The notes beneath the pieces were generated by a model. It searched no databases and was not told where the DNA came from. It saw only the letters and a list, made by a program, of their open reading frames with translations. DNA of 64,000 nt from the sequence record NC_025447.1; one strand, given 5' to 3'. Positions 1 to 9,941 of this stretch are shown here, in pieces (within the stretch, counting starts at the first letter, position 1; each line of letters opens with the position of its first letter). The translations under genes were made by a program, and so were the position numbers.

Positions 1-1
1 G

Positions 2-100
2 GTCTTCATGTTGTACGTGAAGCGTGGATTACTTGCAATCAAGACATTAACTGAAGCAACTGATGAAGATATGGATGGTGATAATACCTTTACCATGTGA
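2..100 (+). CDS. 3' end of a gene truncated by the window edge
   Basis: Open frame from base 2 to TGA at 98-100 (..DEDMDGDNTFTM*). Confidence 0.55.
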   Translation, partial: VFMLYVKRGLLAIKTLTEATDEDMDGDNTFTM

Positions 101-108
101 GGAAATAT

Positions 109-186
109 ATGTCTGAAAAGCCAAAAGAACCATTAGATCGTGATGATGATTTTTATGACGAACGATATGGAGATGATGATGAGTGA
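109..186 (+). CDS. 25-aa acidic micropeptide (MSEKPKEPLDRDDDFYDERYGDDDE)
   Basis: SD GAGGA before ATG109; below ORF-track cutoff. Confidence 0.45.
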   Translation: MSEKPKEPLDRDDDFYDERYGDDDE

Positions 187-430
187 ACATAGTGCTGTGC
201 TTAAAAAGATTTTAAAGGAACTTGATGGTGAGTTTAATGTCACAGAAGAAGAATATCAGCATTGGAAGAAAGGTTTTGAACAACTAACCGAGTATGATAA
301 AGTGTTCAATATGATTGGCGTAATTAGCCAGTACTTACTCGGTGGAGGACGTGCAAGTGCTTCAATTCTGGCATCTGCAATCATCTGTACATCACGATGG
401 TGTGATGAAAAAAGTTTGGAAGATTTCTAA
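179..430 (+). CDS. hypothetical protein
   Basis: ORF track 140..430; SD GGAG 169-172 favours ATG179. Confidence 0.65.
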   Translation: MSEHSAVLKKILKELDGEFNVTEEEYQHWKKGFEQLTEYDKVFNMIGVISQYLLGGGRASASILASAIICTSRWCDEKSLEDF

Positions 431-482
431 ATAAGATGCTATAATATATTATAGTACCTTAACAATATAAAAAGGATTTTAT

Positions 483-1343
483 ATGAAACCTATCCGAGTA
501 CTTTCTCTTTTTAATGGAATGAGTGTGGGATATATGGCATTGCAAGATGCTGGTATCCCAGTTGAAAAATATTATTCATCCGAAATTGATAAGTACGCAA
601 TAGCTGAATCTCAATCTAACTTTCCTGATATTATCCAATTGGGTGATGTAACTAAGTGGAGAGAATGGGATATTGAGTGGGACAAAATAGATTTATTAAT
701 GGGTGGTTTCCCATGCCAAGCCTGGTCAGTTGCAGGTAAACAGGGTGGTTTAAATGATATACGTGGGCAGTTATTTTTAGTAATGGTTGAAATTTTTGAT
801 CATATCAAAAGTCTCAATCCTAACTTGAAATTTCTGTTTGAAAATGTTAAAATGAAGGAAGATTTCAAAGAATACATTAATAGTATTTTAGGAATCACGC
901 CAGTACTGATAAACTCCCAGCATTATACGCCTCACTTCAGGCAGAGATATTACTGGTACAGTACTGATAAGCTTTTTATACCACCTGCATTATCCAATGC
1001 ACCTAAACTTCAAGATATTATTGAAGATGGTTGGTACACTGACAGAACCGCTTCGTACTGTATAGATGCTAACTATTTTAAAGGTGGTGATTGTAACCAG
1101 TACTTTAATAAATCCAGACGACAATTGGTGTTTCGTGATCCAGTGATTAATCGTCAATATCTATTAGAGAATGGCAAAAGAAATATTGACTATAGACACT
1201 TAAGTGTAGTAGAATGTTGTAAATTACAGGGTGTTCCTGAAGATTTCTTTAAAGTGTCTAGTAAGACACAAGCATACAAAATGCTTGGGAATGGATGGAC
1301 TATGCCAGTTATATCACATTTACTAAGAGAGATATTCTTTTGA
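483..1343 (+). CDS. DNA (cytosine-5)-methyltransferase
   Basis: C5-MTase motifs: I (SLFNG), IV (GGFPCQ), VI (ENV), VIII (RQRYYW), X (LGNGW). Confidence 0.92.
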   Translation: MKPIRVLSLFNGMSVGYMALQDAGIPVEKYYSSEIDKYAIAESQSNFPDIIQLGDVTKWREWDIEWDKIDLLMGGFPCQAWSVAGKQGGLNDIRGQLFLVMVEIFDHIKSLNPNLKFLFENVKMKEDFKEYINSILGITPVLINSQHYTPHFRQRYYWYSTDKLFIPPALSNAPKLQDIIEDGWYTDRTASYCIDANYFKGGDCNQYFNKSRRQLVFRDPVINRQYLLENGKRNIDYRHLSVVECCKLQGVPEDFFKVSSKTQAYKMLGNGWTMPVISHLLREIFF

Positions 1344-1825
1344 ACATAAACAAATACCAAACTTATATAAAACGTACAGAAAGTTTCAAACGGCTGGCTG
1401 TAAAATCTGAATTAGAATTTAATTTGTATTATCCTAATATTGGTGATGAGGTATTTTATTGCTCTCATTCAAAGAATGGAACTTTACTTAAATCGGGTAA
1501 AGGAACTATTGTTGATATGACCGCAAATTTCAGAGGTAAACTTAATGTAATGTACAAAGTACAAGATTCAAGTACTGAGTGTATTCATGAAGTGATGCAT
1601 AACATACCTGCATATCCAAAAGATTTTGTTCAGCTAATATCTCGAAGGGAGAAACCTATGTTTTATTGTGGTTATGACAAATTAACCAAACAAATTATTC
1701 CTAATACTATGGGAAAATTTAAAAGTGATGTGAAATCTGAACTTGAAAAGAAATTTGGCACGTCATGGGAAACTGAAAACGAGTTTATCGAAATTCGTTT
1801 AATTGAAATTACTATACTTGAATAA
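1340..1825 (+). CDS. hypothetical protein
   Basis: ORF track 1295..1825; likely TTG start overlapping the MTase stop. Confidence 0.65.
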   Translation: MNINKYQTYIKRTESFKRLAVKSELEFNLYYPNIGDEVFYCSHSKNGTLLKSGKGTIVDMTANFRGKLNVMYKVQDSSTECIHEVMHNIPAYPKDFVQLISRREKPMFYCGYDKLTKQIIPNTMGKFKSDVKSELEKKFGTSWETENEFIEIRLIEITILE

Positions 1826-1829
1826 TTAC

Positions 1830-1854
1830 AAATCCACGCATTGCGTGGATTTTT
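1830..1854 (+). terminator. intrinsic terminator
   Basis: AAATCCACG-CATTG-CGTGGATTT hairpin plus T run. Confidence 0.75.
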
Positions 1855-1867
1855 CATAGGTGCATAT

Positions 1868-2383
1868 ATGCCAATTCCTTATGTTAAAATTATTAATAAT
1901 ATTCTCGATTCATGGGAAGATGTTATTACTGGTAAAAAGCAACCATCACCAGTACATGCTTTATCTGGGAAACTTCAATTCAGAATGTCAAACCAAACTG
2001 AAACATTTAATAATCATGATATTTGCATTACATTAAAAACACCTATTAGTATTGTAATTAAAAAAAATAAAGATGATGAATTGACATTATCTATTGGTCG
2101 TGATAAAATCATTTTAAGTAATTTGTCTGAAGAAGAATTCTTTCAAAGAAGTACTATTATCGATATGAAAGATTTCACATATGAATCATTGGTTGAACTC
2201 AATACACGTTTTAACGATATTCAGGAACGATTGCGACCAATTCTTCGTATCGAAGAAGAAGCCTGGATTGAAAGTATTAGGAAGATGCAAGAAATGTTGA
2301 AAGAAAATATTAACAATCTGGGTAAAGCTACAATGGAATTTGGTAAAACTTTTAAACTGAACTTTTCAAAGGATCGTAAATGA
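1868..2383 (+). CDS. EExxFQxS-motif family protein
   Basis: SEEEFFQRSTIID; start moved to ATG1868, past the terminator. Confidence 0.75.
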   Translation: MPIPYVKIINNILDSWEDVITGKKQPSPVHALSGKLQFRMSNQTETFNNHDICITLKTPISIVIKKNKDDELTLSIGRDKIILSNLSEEEFFQRSTIIDMKDFTYESLVELNTRFNDIQERLRPILRIEEEAWIESIRKMQEMLKENINNLGKATMEFGKTFKLNFSKDRK

Positions 2384-2835
2384 AAATTGATAATTTGATT
2401 CATGTTTTAGGATCTTTACATAAAATATTATCACATCTACATGAGATAAAGAAACTGGGATTTAACATCTCAAATTCAATTGAAACTACATTTAAATATC
2501 AATCAATTACTGGTGATGGTTATTACATAATCGAATATACCTATGAAACCGATCCAGACTTCTATCCTCTTACGTTGAGAATTTATCCAACAAATCCGAG
2601 AGGAATTCACGACATATCATCAATTTCACTTGATCCAGATGGTGAAACGAGTATTGAATACAATAATGATTCAAAACCAGAATTTTACATTGATGATATT
2701 AAAATGATGTTCAACGATGAATATGTGTTCCAGCAAAGTACTGTGCATGATGTTGGAAGTACTAATGGACAATTTTGGAATACATGTTATTATCATATGA
2801 TTGAAATTTGTAAATTACTAAAAGGCGATGATTAA
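2380..2835 (+). CDS. EExxFQxS-motif family protein
   Basis: NDEYVFQQSTVHD; ATGA coupling. Confidence 0.75.
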   Translation: MKIDNLIHVLGSLHKILSHLHEIKKLGFNISNSIETTFKYQSITGDGYYIIEYTYETDPDFYPLTLRIYPTNPRGIHDISSISLDPDGETSIEYNNDSKPEFYIDDIKMMFNDEYVFQQSTVHDVGSTNGQFWNTCYYHMIEICKLLKGDD

Positions 2836-3218
2836 TGAAATACAGCATTGAAGTACATTACACTACAGGGGACACTGAAAATTGTTATGACGTTCTTAAT
2901 ACAATTGATATTCAATGGTCTTCTAAAGAGGAAGCAGTTGCTGCTTTACAGTGCCTAAAAGAGCATTGGGTGTTTTATATGAAGCAAGATAATTGCTATA
3001 CTAAAGAACACGAAACTATCGTTGAAAATGCTAAACAAAAAGAGTGGTTTGACCCAATATCACCAGAATATTCATTCTTGGTTAAAGTTGGCGATGTGAC
3101 AGTTCCATTACGAACACCGTGGAACGGCTACTTTGAAACTCTTCATAATGCACGAGTTGTCGCTGTTGATAATCCTGAGCAAATCGATTTCGATTCATTG
3201 GACTGGAAAAAACTATGA
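2835..3218 (+). CDS. hypothetical protein
   Basis: ORF track; TAATG coupling. Confidence 0.75.
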   Translation: MKYSIEVHYTTGDTENCYDVLNTIDIQWSSKEEAVAALQCLKEHWVFYMKQDNCYTKEHETIVENAKQKEWFDPISPEYSFLVKVGDVTVPLRTPWNGYFETLHNARVVAVDNPEQIDFDSLDWKKL

Positions 3219-3658
3219 CAGTACTGCACCAATTGAAGAAGGTTAAGCATCCAGTTGTATACGAGGATTGGAAACGACAGAAATTGATGGGTGATTTTTA
3301 TTTCCCAAAATCTAAAGTTCTTGCGAATTCAAGATGTACATATGTCACACATAATTATAAAGATACAGTATTTGTTGAAATGGGTTTCAATCCATCAAAT
3401 ACAATGTTCAGTACTAACCAGACATTTTACAAATTTCATATCAATAAAGATTCATTTTCTATTATGATTATAAAATTTTTAGTTGAAGATCTGGTATACA
3501 GTGAAGAAAGAGTTCCTTTATCATTAGTGGATATTCCTTATGATAATTTAGAGGAAATGTACTTCCAACAGTTGACAGTGCAAGAAAACTTCGGTATGAT
3601 AGGACTTCAAGAGTTAGAGATGATTAAGCAAATTCGTGATATCTACTTTAAGGAGTAA
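3215..3658 (+). CDS. EExxFQxS-motif family protein
   Basis: LEEMYFQQLTVQE. Confidence 0.75.
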   Translation: MTVLHQLKKVKHPVVYEDWKRQKLMGDFYFPKSKVLANSRCTYVTHNYKDTVFVEMGFNPSNTMFSTNQTFYKFHINKDSFSIMIIKFLVEDLVYSEERVPLSLVDIPYDNLEEMYFQQLTVQENFGMIGLQELEMIKQIRDIYFKE

Positions 3659-3660
3659 CT

Positions 3661-3804
3661 ATGCCAGTACGTAACAGTACTTCACGCTTTACGCTTCAAC
3701 AGAAAGCAGATCTTTTGAATATGGCTAACAAAGATTCTAATTTTTACTATCTAGTACTCGGTGGGTCAGTAGAAAAGATTGACCTACGTGAGTGTATGAA
3801 ATAA
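3661..3804 (+). CDS. 47-aa hypothetical protein
   Basis: SD AAGGAG; manually translated. Confidence 0.6.
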   Translation: MPVRNSTSRFTLQQKADLLNMANKDSNFYYLVLGGSVEKIDLRECMK

Positions 3805-3820
3805 CAAAAGGGGACTAAAA

Positions 3821-3991
3821 ATGAGTCTACGTGAATCATGGGAACAATTTAAAGAAGAGATTGGTTATCGTGGTGTTAAGATTGAAAAAATCAATCGAAC
3901 CGAAAGCATCAAAGCCAGTACTAATGGCACTACCTATGATCGTTATGATGAAAAGTATGGTTTGCATTCTAAACCGAAGGATACTGAATAA
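3821..3991 (+). CDS. 56-aa hypothetical protein
   Basis: SD GGGG; manually translated. Confidence 0.6.
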   Translation: MSLRESWEQFKEEIGYRGVKIEKINRTESIKASTNGTTYDRYDEKYGLHSKPKDTE

Positions 3992-4134
3992 TGGTATACA
4001 CTAACATTTTTACTGGTATTATGCGTAAATTTATTAATGGTACTGGATACGTATCTAATGACAACGGTAGTACATGGGTAAAAAATAATACGTCTGAATC
4101 TTTAGTAAAAAGTCTTCCGTATTATAAAGCTTGA
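3991..4134 (+). CDS. 47-aa hypothetical protein
   Basis: TAATG coupling; manually translated. Confidence 0.5.
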   Translation: MVYTNIFTGIMRKFINGTGYVSNDNGSTWVKNNTSESLVKSLPYYKA

Positions 4135-4159
4135 CACATGAAAATGGAGTATATATAAT
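4131..4159 (+). promoter_or_regulatory. sigma70-type early promoter
   Basis: TTGACA-17-TATAAT. Confidence 0.8.
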
Positions 4160-4191
4160 ACTCCTATATTAATTAAACGAGGATATACGAA

Positions 4192-4764
4192 ATGGCTGGT
4201 GTTGATAAAATTTGTGAATTCAGTTCAGATTATGAAGGTTACGAGATGTACAAGTCCAAGCGTAATCACATTCAAGTACTGTCAAAGTACCGTAAAGAAT
4301 TCCGAGGCCACAAAGCAACATTGTATGTTTTTGAGAATGGATATTCTGAAGTTTTCACAAGTGGTGGGTACAGTACAGCTAACATGGCACATATCAACCC
4401 AAACCCAACTGAAGATGATTGGAATAGTGGTAACGCTTTTCGTATTTCAATTTTGAATAAAATGAATCGTTACGACCGTTATTGTACATTCTTTGAAAAT
4501 ATTTCAGAATACAAACAAGCATTAAAGAAATATAATCAACGCTTACTAATGAATTATGATTACATTCTTCATGTGCCAACTGTTCCAGGTCAGGTTAATG
4601 GTCTGTATACGAATAGTACACATGATTTAACTGCGGTGAAGCGTCGCCTCAAACGTATGTTGGGTTGTCGTAATTTAACAATCAAGGTTATGCGTAATGA
4701 ATCAATGTATAACTTTTTAGATGTACTACACTACACACTGAAGGATAATAATGGAAACGATTAA
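4192..4764 (+). CDS. hypothetical protein
   Basis: ORF track; SD GAGG. Confidence 0.8.
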   Translation: MAGVDKICEFSSDYEGYEMYKSKRNHIQVLSKYRKEFRGHKATLYVFENGYSEVFTSGGYSTANMAHINPNPTEDDWNSGNAFRISILNKMNRYDRYCTFFENISEYKQALKKYNQRLLMNYDYILHVPTVPGQVNGLYTNSTHDLTAVKRRLKRMLGCRNLTIKVMRNESMYNFLDVLHYTLKDNNGND

Positions 4765-4948
4765 GTTTATGTTTGAGGTGTTTGTTGCATTCATCTTATG
4801 TGCTGTGTCTCTTACTATTGCTTTAATCCCAGTAATCGTTTACCAAGTTAATGGTGGGACAGATCCAACAATTGATATTTTACTTCGTTGTTTCGGCTTT
4901 TTTATATGGTTGGCGATGTTTATGTACTACATGCATCTTGAGGATTGA
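4751..4948 (+). CDS. small 2-TM membrane protein
   Basis: Two hydrophobic segments. Confidence 0.65.
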   Translation: METIKFMFEVFVAFILCAVSLTIALIPVIVYQVNGGTDPTIDILLRCFGFFIWLAMFMYYMHLED

Positions 4949-5781
4949 TTATGTCATTAGAAAAAATAATCATTTCTGAATTCCGAAAGTATATCATGGA
5001 TTGTGATAGAGATGTGCAGCGTAAGTTCAATGAGTACCTTGACAAATATCCGTATTTGATGTTTAATCCGTTTGAAACTGATGATGATTTATATCTTGGT
5101 TTTTACATAGGATTTACTCAACGAATTCTTCATAAAGATGAAATGAAACAATCTGAGATTTGGGTAGAAACTGACTCATCAGAGTCTAATGTTTTTTATC
5201 TTTATACATATTATGCCGAAATTGTTAGAGATACGACACCTGATGGTTGTCTATTTATACAATCGTCTGATATTGAAAGAATATATATCGAACCTGTATC
5301 TTTAGATATGGTTGCCCAGCTTCCAACTATCCAACAGTTAGGTGCAGACGAATTAACTTATTCTGTATTTGAATATCTAGGTAGAGATGATTTGACTCAA
5401 GAAATTGATAAAATGGTTTCTAAATATACTTCATCACTTATTTCAAATGGTAAACTTAAATTAGAATTAATTTTTGAAGATACTAGTATTAATCCAGTAA
5501 GAGGGGTAACAATTGGAAAAGTTACCATACGTGTTGTTTACGATAATGAAGTATTAGGATATATTTCAAAACGTGGACATGATTTATGTATAATTAGTAC
5601 ATTCGTTGTTTCTCGTAAAAAATGGAATGATTTAATGCAAAAAATCGTGGACGGTAGTAAAATTCGTGATATAATATGTAATGACATGGTAATTATTAAT
5701 CCTGATGTTGACTGTGATGTATATTTTCCAGTTCCTGGATTTACACGAGAAAACTTTAGTAAATTGAAGGATAAGAAATGA
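4945..5781 (+). CDS. hypothetical protein
   Basis: 278-aa ORF coupled to neighbours. Confidence 0.8.
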   Translation: MIMSLEKIIISEFRKYIMDCDRDVQRKFNEYLDKYPYLMFNPFETDDDLYLGFYIGFTQRILHKDEMKQSEIWVETDSSESNVFYLYTYYAEIVRDTTPDGCLFIQSSDIERIYIEPVSLDMVAQLPTIQQLGADELTYSVFEYLGRDDLTQEIDKMVSKYTSSLISNGKLKLELIFEDTSINPVRGVTIGKVTIRVVYDNEVLGYISKRGHDLCIISTFVVSRKKWNDLMQKIVDGSKIRDIICNDMVIINPDVDCDVYFPVPGFTRENFSKLKDKK

Positions 5782-6068
5782 AAATTTTAGAAGTCTTGCT
5801 AGAAAAAGATGCATCTGGTACTCTTTATGTTGGTAATGAGTTCAGTCCAGATCCAATTGATATGTTACAGAGAATCCAAACACTGACTCAAAACATCTCG
5901 GTTAAAAAACCGTTTCAGAAAGAATTGGAAATCTTTTGTGATAAAGATATTGAACAGCATGATAATGTGATTTCAGATATTAAAAGTCTATTGACAAAAA
6001 ATGGTTATGTAGAGTATAATCCTCCTATCGTAATCGTTATTCCAGACTTCATGAAAGGAACAATTTAA
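5778..6068 (+). CDS. hypothetical protein
   Basis: ORF track; ATGA coupling. Confidence 0.7.
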   Translation: MKILEVLLEKDASGTLYVGNEFSPDPIDMLQRIQTLTQNISVKKPFQKELEIFCDKDIEQHDNVISDIKSLLTKNGYVEYNPPIVIVIPDFMKGTI

Positions 6069-6337
6069 TGACTAAAGAAGAAATGAAATCTCGCTTAAGC
6101 GAACTGAAGAAAGAACGTAAACTAGTACGTTTAGACTGGGATATCCTTAACAGGAAAGATGAGCAATCATATGCTAACTGGAGTTCTGATAAAGTACGAA
6201 ATGACCGTTCTAAAGAAGATGCAAAGCAATTCATGGCATTATCGAAGCGACTATCATCTTTGAACAGTGAAATTACTGGCCTTCAGAAAGAGATTATTTC
6301 CATTCTTAAAGCGGAGATTGAATCACTCTATGAATAA
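6068..6337 (+). CDS. coiled-coil hypothetical protein
   Basis: Heptad-like K/E/L pattern. Confidence 0.7.
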   Translation: MTKEEMKSRLSELKKERKLVRLDWDILNRKDEQSYANWSSDKVRNDRSKEDAKQFMALSKRLSSLNSEITGLQKEIISILKAEIESLYE

Positions 6338-6626
6338 ACATGAAGTAATTCATTTTGATGATAAGATCTATATTCCAAATATTGATAGTACTGAAACATA
6401 TTACCTAATCAATAAGATTATGGCTGAAACAAATACGTGTTGTCGTCAACAGCCAGGAAAATATGAGTTCAGTCAGACTATTGGTTATTACCGATATGAT
6501 ATGTTAGAATCATTTACAATTGATAAGTCTAAAGTTATTGACATTCTTGTACAGAATGGATATAATGAACAACGTGTAAATAATACAGATTTACCAGTTT
6601 CAAAAATTGTTCTTTCTAATAATTAA
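6330..6626 (+). CDS. hypothetical protein
   Basis: Start moved to ATG6330. Confidence 0.7.
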   Translation: MNKHEVIHFDDKIYIPNIDSTETYYLINKIMAETNTCCRQQPGKYEFSQTIGYYRYDMLESFTIDKSKVIDILVQNGYNEQRVNNTDLPVSKIVLSNN

Positions 6627-6741
6627 AAATTGGACAAGAACAGATATTGTGATATAATGTTTGTTATCGGCAGATATTAAAATGCAAACCATTCCTCAAT
6701 GATGAGGGTTTTTCATAAAAAAGAAATAAAAGGGTATTAAA

Positions 6742-6951
6742 ATGGCTAAAGAAACTAACGCACAAGTACTAGATATCACCGACTTCGACCGCACTGTGAA
6801 CTACATTCAATTCCAGATTCATCAAGCAGAAGAAGCTCTAGCAGTATTCCACGGTACTGGTGCAAGGCCAATCCGTTTTGCTCACTTGATTGCATGGAAG
6901 AAAAGTCTTCAAGAAGAACTATCTGAACTGCGTAAAGCAAATCGTAAGTAA
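6742..6951 (+). CDS. hypothetical protein
   Basis: ORF track; promoter-like TATAAT at 6653. Confidence 0.7.
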   Translation: MAKETNAQVLDITDFDRTVNYIQFQIHQAEEALAVFHGTGARPIRFAHLIAWKKSLQEELSELRKANRK

Positions 6952-6962
6952 TTTATCTTACC

Positions 6963-6989
6963 GCCTCATCATTTTTGATGGGGCATTTT
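6963..6989 (+). terminator. intrinsic terminator
   Basis: GCCTCATCA-TTTT-TGATGGGGC plus ATTTT. Confidence 0.65.
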
Positions 6990-7016
6990 AATCATATAAA
7001 GTAAGAGGATTTATAA

Positions 7017-7523
7017 ATGAGTGTTGAATATTGGTTTTTGTTTGTGTGTATTGGTACACTTGCATTAATCACCATTGGATTGATTTTCAATACCATGATT
7101 AGTGGAAGTAAGTACTTTAAGACATTCCAACTTTTAATGTCTGCTATGCCATATAGTGCTGATGCCGAAAAAACAATTTCTCTAATTTTAGATAAGTTCG
7201 ATGCAAATCTTTTGGTGGCTAAAATTTCAGCATGTGATACAAATATTTCATTTTACACTGTAGAGACAGAACAGAATGGGATTGATACACAATACTCAAA
7301 TCCAGTAGTTGCTGAAATTTTCATTGGTTCAAAATATTATGCCTATGGATATGTAAGAAAATATTATTCAGAAGCAAAAGCTGAGTTGACGAAGAAGCGA
7401 CCATCAATAAAAACTTTAAAACGCATCATTGCGTTGGAAAAATCACTTCGTGGTCAAACAAGCGTTAATGAGCCACCATCAGTGATTAAATCCAAAAAAA
7501 GTAATGTTGTGGAGTTGGAGTAA
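7017..7523 (+). CDS. N-terminally anchored membrane protein
   Basis: Hydrophobic residues 6-25. Confidence 0.75.
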   Translation: MSVEYWFLFVCIGTLALITIGLIFNTMISGSKYFKTFQLLMSAMPYSADAEKTISLILDKFDANLLVAKISACDTNISFYTVETEQNGIDTQYSNPVVAEIFIGSKYYAYGYVRKYYSEAKAELTKKRPSIKTLKRIIALEKSLRGQTSVNEPPSVIKSKKSNVVELE

Positions 7524-7813
7524 TGGAACCAGAAAAATCAAGAAAAATTCTTATTGATGTCCAAACTAAATTATTAGATATTATGGAAATCATCAATGAG
7601 TTACCACAGGGTTATCAGTACAAAGTTCGTGAAATGTTATCTTGTGCCGAAACCGTTGTTTCTATGTACGATGATATTCAACATGGTATTATCCCTGATA
7701 TTCTCAAAGATGACGTAAATATTAACACTGAGGTAAAAGAAACTAAATTAGAATCAGAAACAGTATCTAATAAAAAAGTTCTAGACCTTAGTGGTATAAA
7801 AATTAATATCTAA
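7523..7813 (+). CDS. hypothetical protein
   Basis: ORF track. Confidence 0.7.
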   Translation: MEPEKSRKILIDVQTKLLDIMEIINELPQGYQYKVREMLSCAETVVSMYDDIQHGIIPDILKDDVNINTEVKETKLESETVSNKKVLDLSGIKINI

Positions 7814-7835
7814 AAAACATCCAATAGGAGAAGTA

Positions 7836-7985
7836 ATGAGTAATCAAAAAATCGACTTAGTAGTAAAACTTCAAGAGATTCAAGCACTAGCTAAAGACCT
7901 TGATAACACACGTGCATCAGTAGTTGATTCACTATGTGCAACAATCCTGACTGTTTTTACAGATTACGAAAAGAAATCTGATTAA
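7836..7985 (+). CDS. 49-aa hypothetical protein
   Basis: SD AGGAG; manually translated. Confidence 0.65.
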   Translation: MSNQKIDLVVKLQEIQALAKDLDNTRASVVDSLCATILTVFTDYEKKSD

Positions 7986-7998
7986 ACGTTACTTTGTA

Positions 7999-8028
7999 AA
8001 TACCCAGTCAAGTACTGGGTATTTTTTT
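7999..8028 (+). terminator. intrinsic terminator containing AGTACT
   Basis: AATACCCAGT-CAAGT-ACTGGGTATT plus T run. Confidence 0.8.
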
Positions 8029-8039
8029 AAGGAAATAAA

Positions 8040-8432
8040 ATGACTGAATCAGAACTACACGAAATGATAGATTTCATTTATGAAATGGTGCAAGATAAAA
8101 ATAACATCAATACAATTACTACTGGACCAAGACAAATTGGTAACCAAATGACCTATTCGTTGTCTTTATGGTTACACCCGAACTTCAAGGTTGATTGTTT
8201 GTATTTCCGTCCTGATATTGATGCTTATTATTTTGTAAATCATGATGCATTAATGAAACCAAATAAGCGTACAGTTGATGATACCTTTGTGACACACCCA
8301 TTTTACCTGGCTGATTCCGAAGAAGATGAGTTTCAAAAGAACACAACGTTAAACCTAGGTGAAATTTGCATCCCTCACGAACTTAAAGATAAAATGAATC
8401 ACATCACAGAAGTTATGAAAACATGCTTGTAA
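8040..8432 (+). CDS. EExxFQxS-motif family protein
   Basis: SEEDEFQKNTTLN. Confidence 0.75.
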   Translation: MTESELHEMIDFIYEMVQDKNNINTITTGPRQIGNQMTYSLSLWLHPNFKVDCLYFRPDIDAYYFVNHDALMKPNKRTVDDTFVTHPFYLADSEEDEFQKNTTLNLGEICIPHELKDKMNHITEVMKTCL

Positions 8433-8480
8433 GTGCAATGAATCTCTAGTATAATACTATGACTTTTTTAAGGAGAACAT

Positions 8481-9050
8481 ATGAACTTTATTAAATTCAA
8501 CACATCTGAGTTAGAAGCATACTTTAATACAAATAATAAATTCAATATTATTCTTAAAGACGGAACAACTGTTATCGGAGTATCATTGCTTTCATTTGAT
8601 GGCGAAAAACTCAAAACTGTTTATAAATTCACCAATCTTGATGGTGATTACTGGGATACATCAGATGTATCTAAAATTTGTACACATTATGTATTTGAAT
8701 CAATTGAAGTTGGTGATGGATGGGCATTGACCTGTAATGGTAATAAAGTATTTTCTGGTAACATATTTGGGGTAATTTCAAGTAAAGAAATCGTAGACCA
8801 TCATCTTCATGTTCTCAATAATAACGCCAACACTTATACACCTGATAATATCAAAATTCACGATATTGTAACATATACTGATTATAATGGTTTCAGTCAT
8901 AAAGCAATCGTAACTGAAGTTAAAAAACCAAAAAATTATTTCGACCACGGTTTAATTGAAGTATATATGGTAGGTGGCGACACACAATACTTTGAACATT
9001 TCACTTATACTGGTTGGGATAGATTTCTAACCGTTATTGAGGAATACTAA
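8481..9050 (+). CDS. hypothetical protein
   Basis: ORF track; SD AAGGAG. Confidence 0.8.
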   Translation: MNFIKFNTSELEAYFNTNNKFNIILKDGTTVIGVSLLSFDGEKLKTVYKFTNLDGDYWDTSDVSKICTHYVFESIEVGDGWALTCNGNKVFSGNIFGVISSKEIVDHHLHVLNNNANTYTPDNIKIHDIVTYTDYNGFSHKAIVTEVKKPKNYFDHGLIEVYMVGGDTQYFEHFTYTGWDRFLTVIEEY

Positions 9051-9051
9051 C

Positions 9052-9540
9052 ATGCCTATTCGTGGTGTACCAGAGCCATTAAATGAAGTATTAAAATATG
9101 TTAATATTGAACTGCGAGATGTAAATCTTCGAAGAAATAATATATATTACTTTAAATCAACTGAAATGTGTTCAGTGCAAGTAATTATAGGTACATCTGT
9201 TAAGATAACTCGTGTACTTGATGGTAGTACAGATTTCGTCGAATACAACGTACTTACTAACAAAGTAACACACACATATAAATGGAGTGGGTATAAAACT
9301 ATTAAGTATGAGTTTGATGTTGCTAGAACTGAAGAAGAACGATTTATGTTAAGTACTATCAATCCAGCAAACTACCCTGAACTTGATACATTTTTGCTAA
9401 TTTTAAAACTGTATAATGAAGCAAATGGGAAAGCTAAGGAGTATGATAGAATTATGTATGAACGCAAAAAAGAACGTGCTCAGAAAAGTTATGATCTTTA
9501 TGATAACCCATATGTAAAATATAATAAGGGGAGAAAATGA
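9052..9540 (+). CDS. EExxFQxS-motif family protein
   Basis: TEEERFMLSTIN. Confidence 0.7.
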   Translation: MPIRGVPEPLNEVLKYVNIELRDVNLRRNNIYYFKSTEMCSVQVIIGTSVKITRVLDGSTDFVEYNVLTNKVTHTYKWSGYKTIKYEFDVARTEEERFMLSTINPANYPELDTFLLILKLYNEANGKAKEYDRIMYERKKERAQKSYDLYDNPYVKYNKGRK

Positions 9541-9941
9541 ATAACGAAGTTGAAATTATCATAACTCCACCTATACAAAGTCTTGATGTATCTATTAGTG
9601 ATTTTTTAGAAAAATATTATGAATGGTTTAATAATGATAATATCATTTATAATCATACATTACCAGATGGTTTCGTGGAGCTTATAGAATTAAATTCAAA
9701 ATCACTATACTTCTGTGTTGAATACAATGATTATATGACAGATGAAGCTTATCGTTTTCGTTGTACATTGTATCCGAATTATTTTTCAATAGGTTATAAA
9801 GACTACCAGTACTGCACCACTAACTACAGTGTAGAGGAAGAATTTCAGTACAATTTACTTTATCCAGATTTAGATTATACTATTGCAGTACTGTTATCTA
9901 AAATTATGGATTTTTATAAAGGTAAATACAGTGCAGCCTAA
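9537..9941 (+). CDS. EExxFQxS-motif family protein
   Basis: VEEEFQYNLLYPD. Confidence 0.7.
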   Translation: MNNEVEIIITPPIQSLDVSISDFLEKYYEWFNNDNIIYNHTLPDGFVELIELNSKSLYFCVEYNDYMTDEAYRFRCTLYPNYFSIGYKDYQYCTTNYSVEEEFQYNLLYPDLDYTIAVLLSKIMDFYKGKYSAA

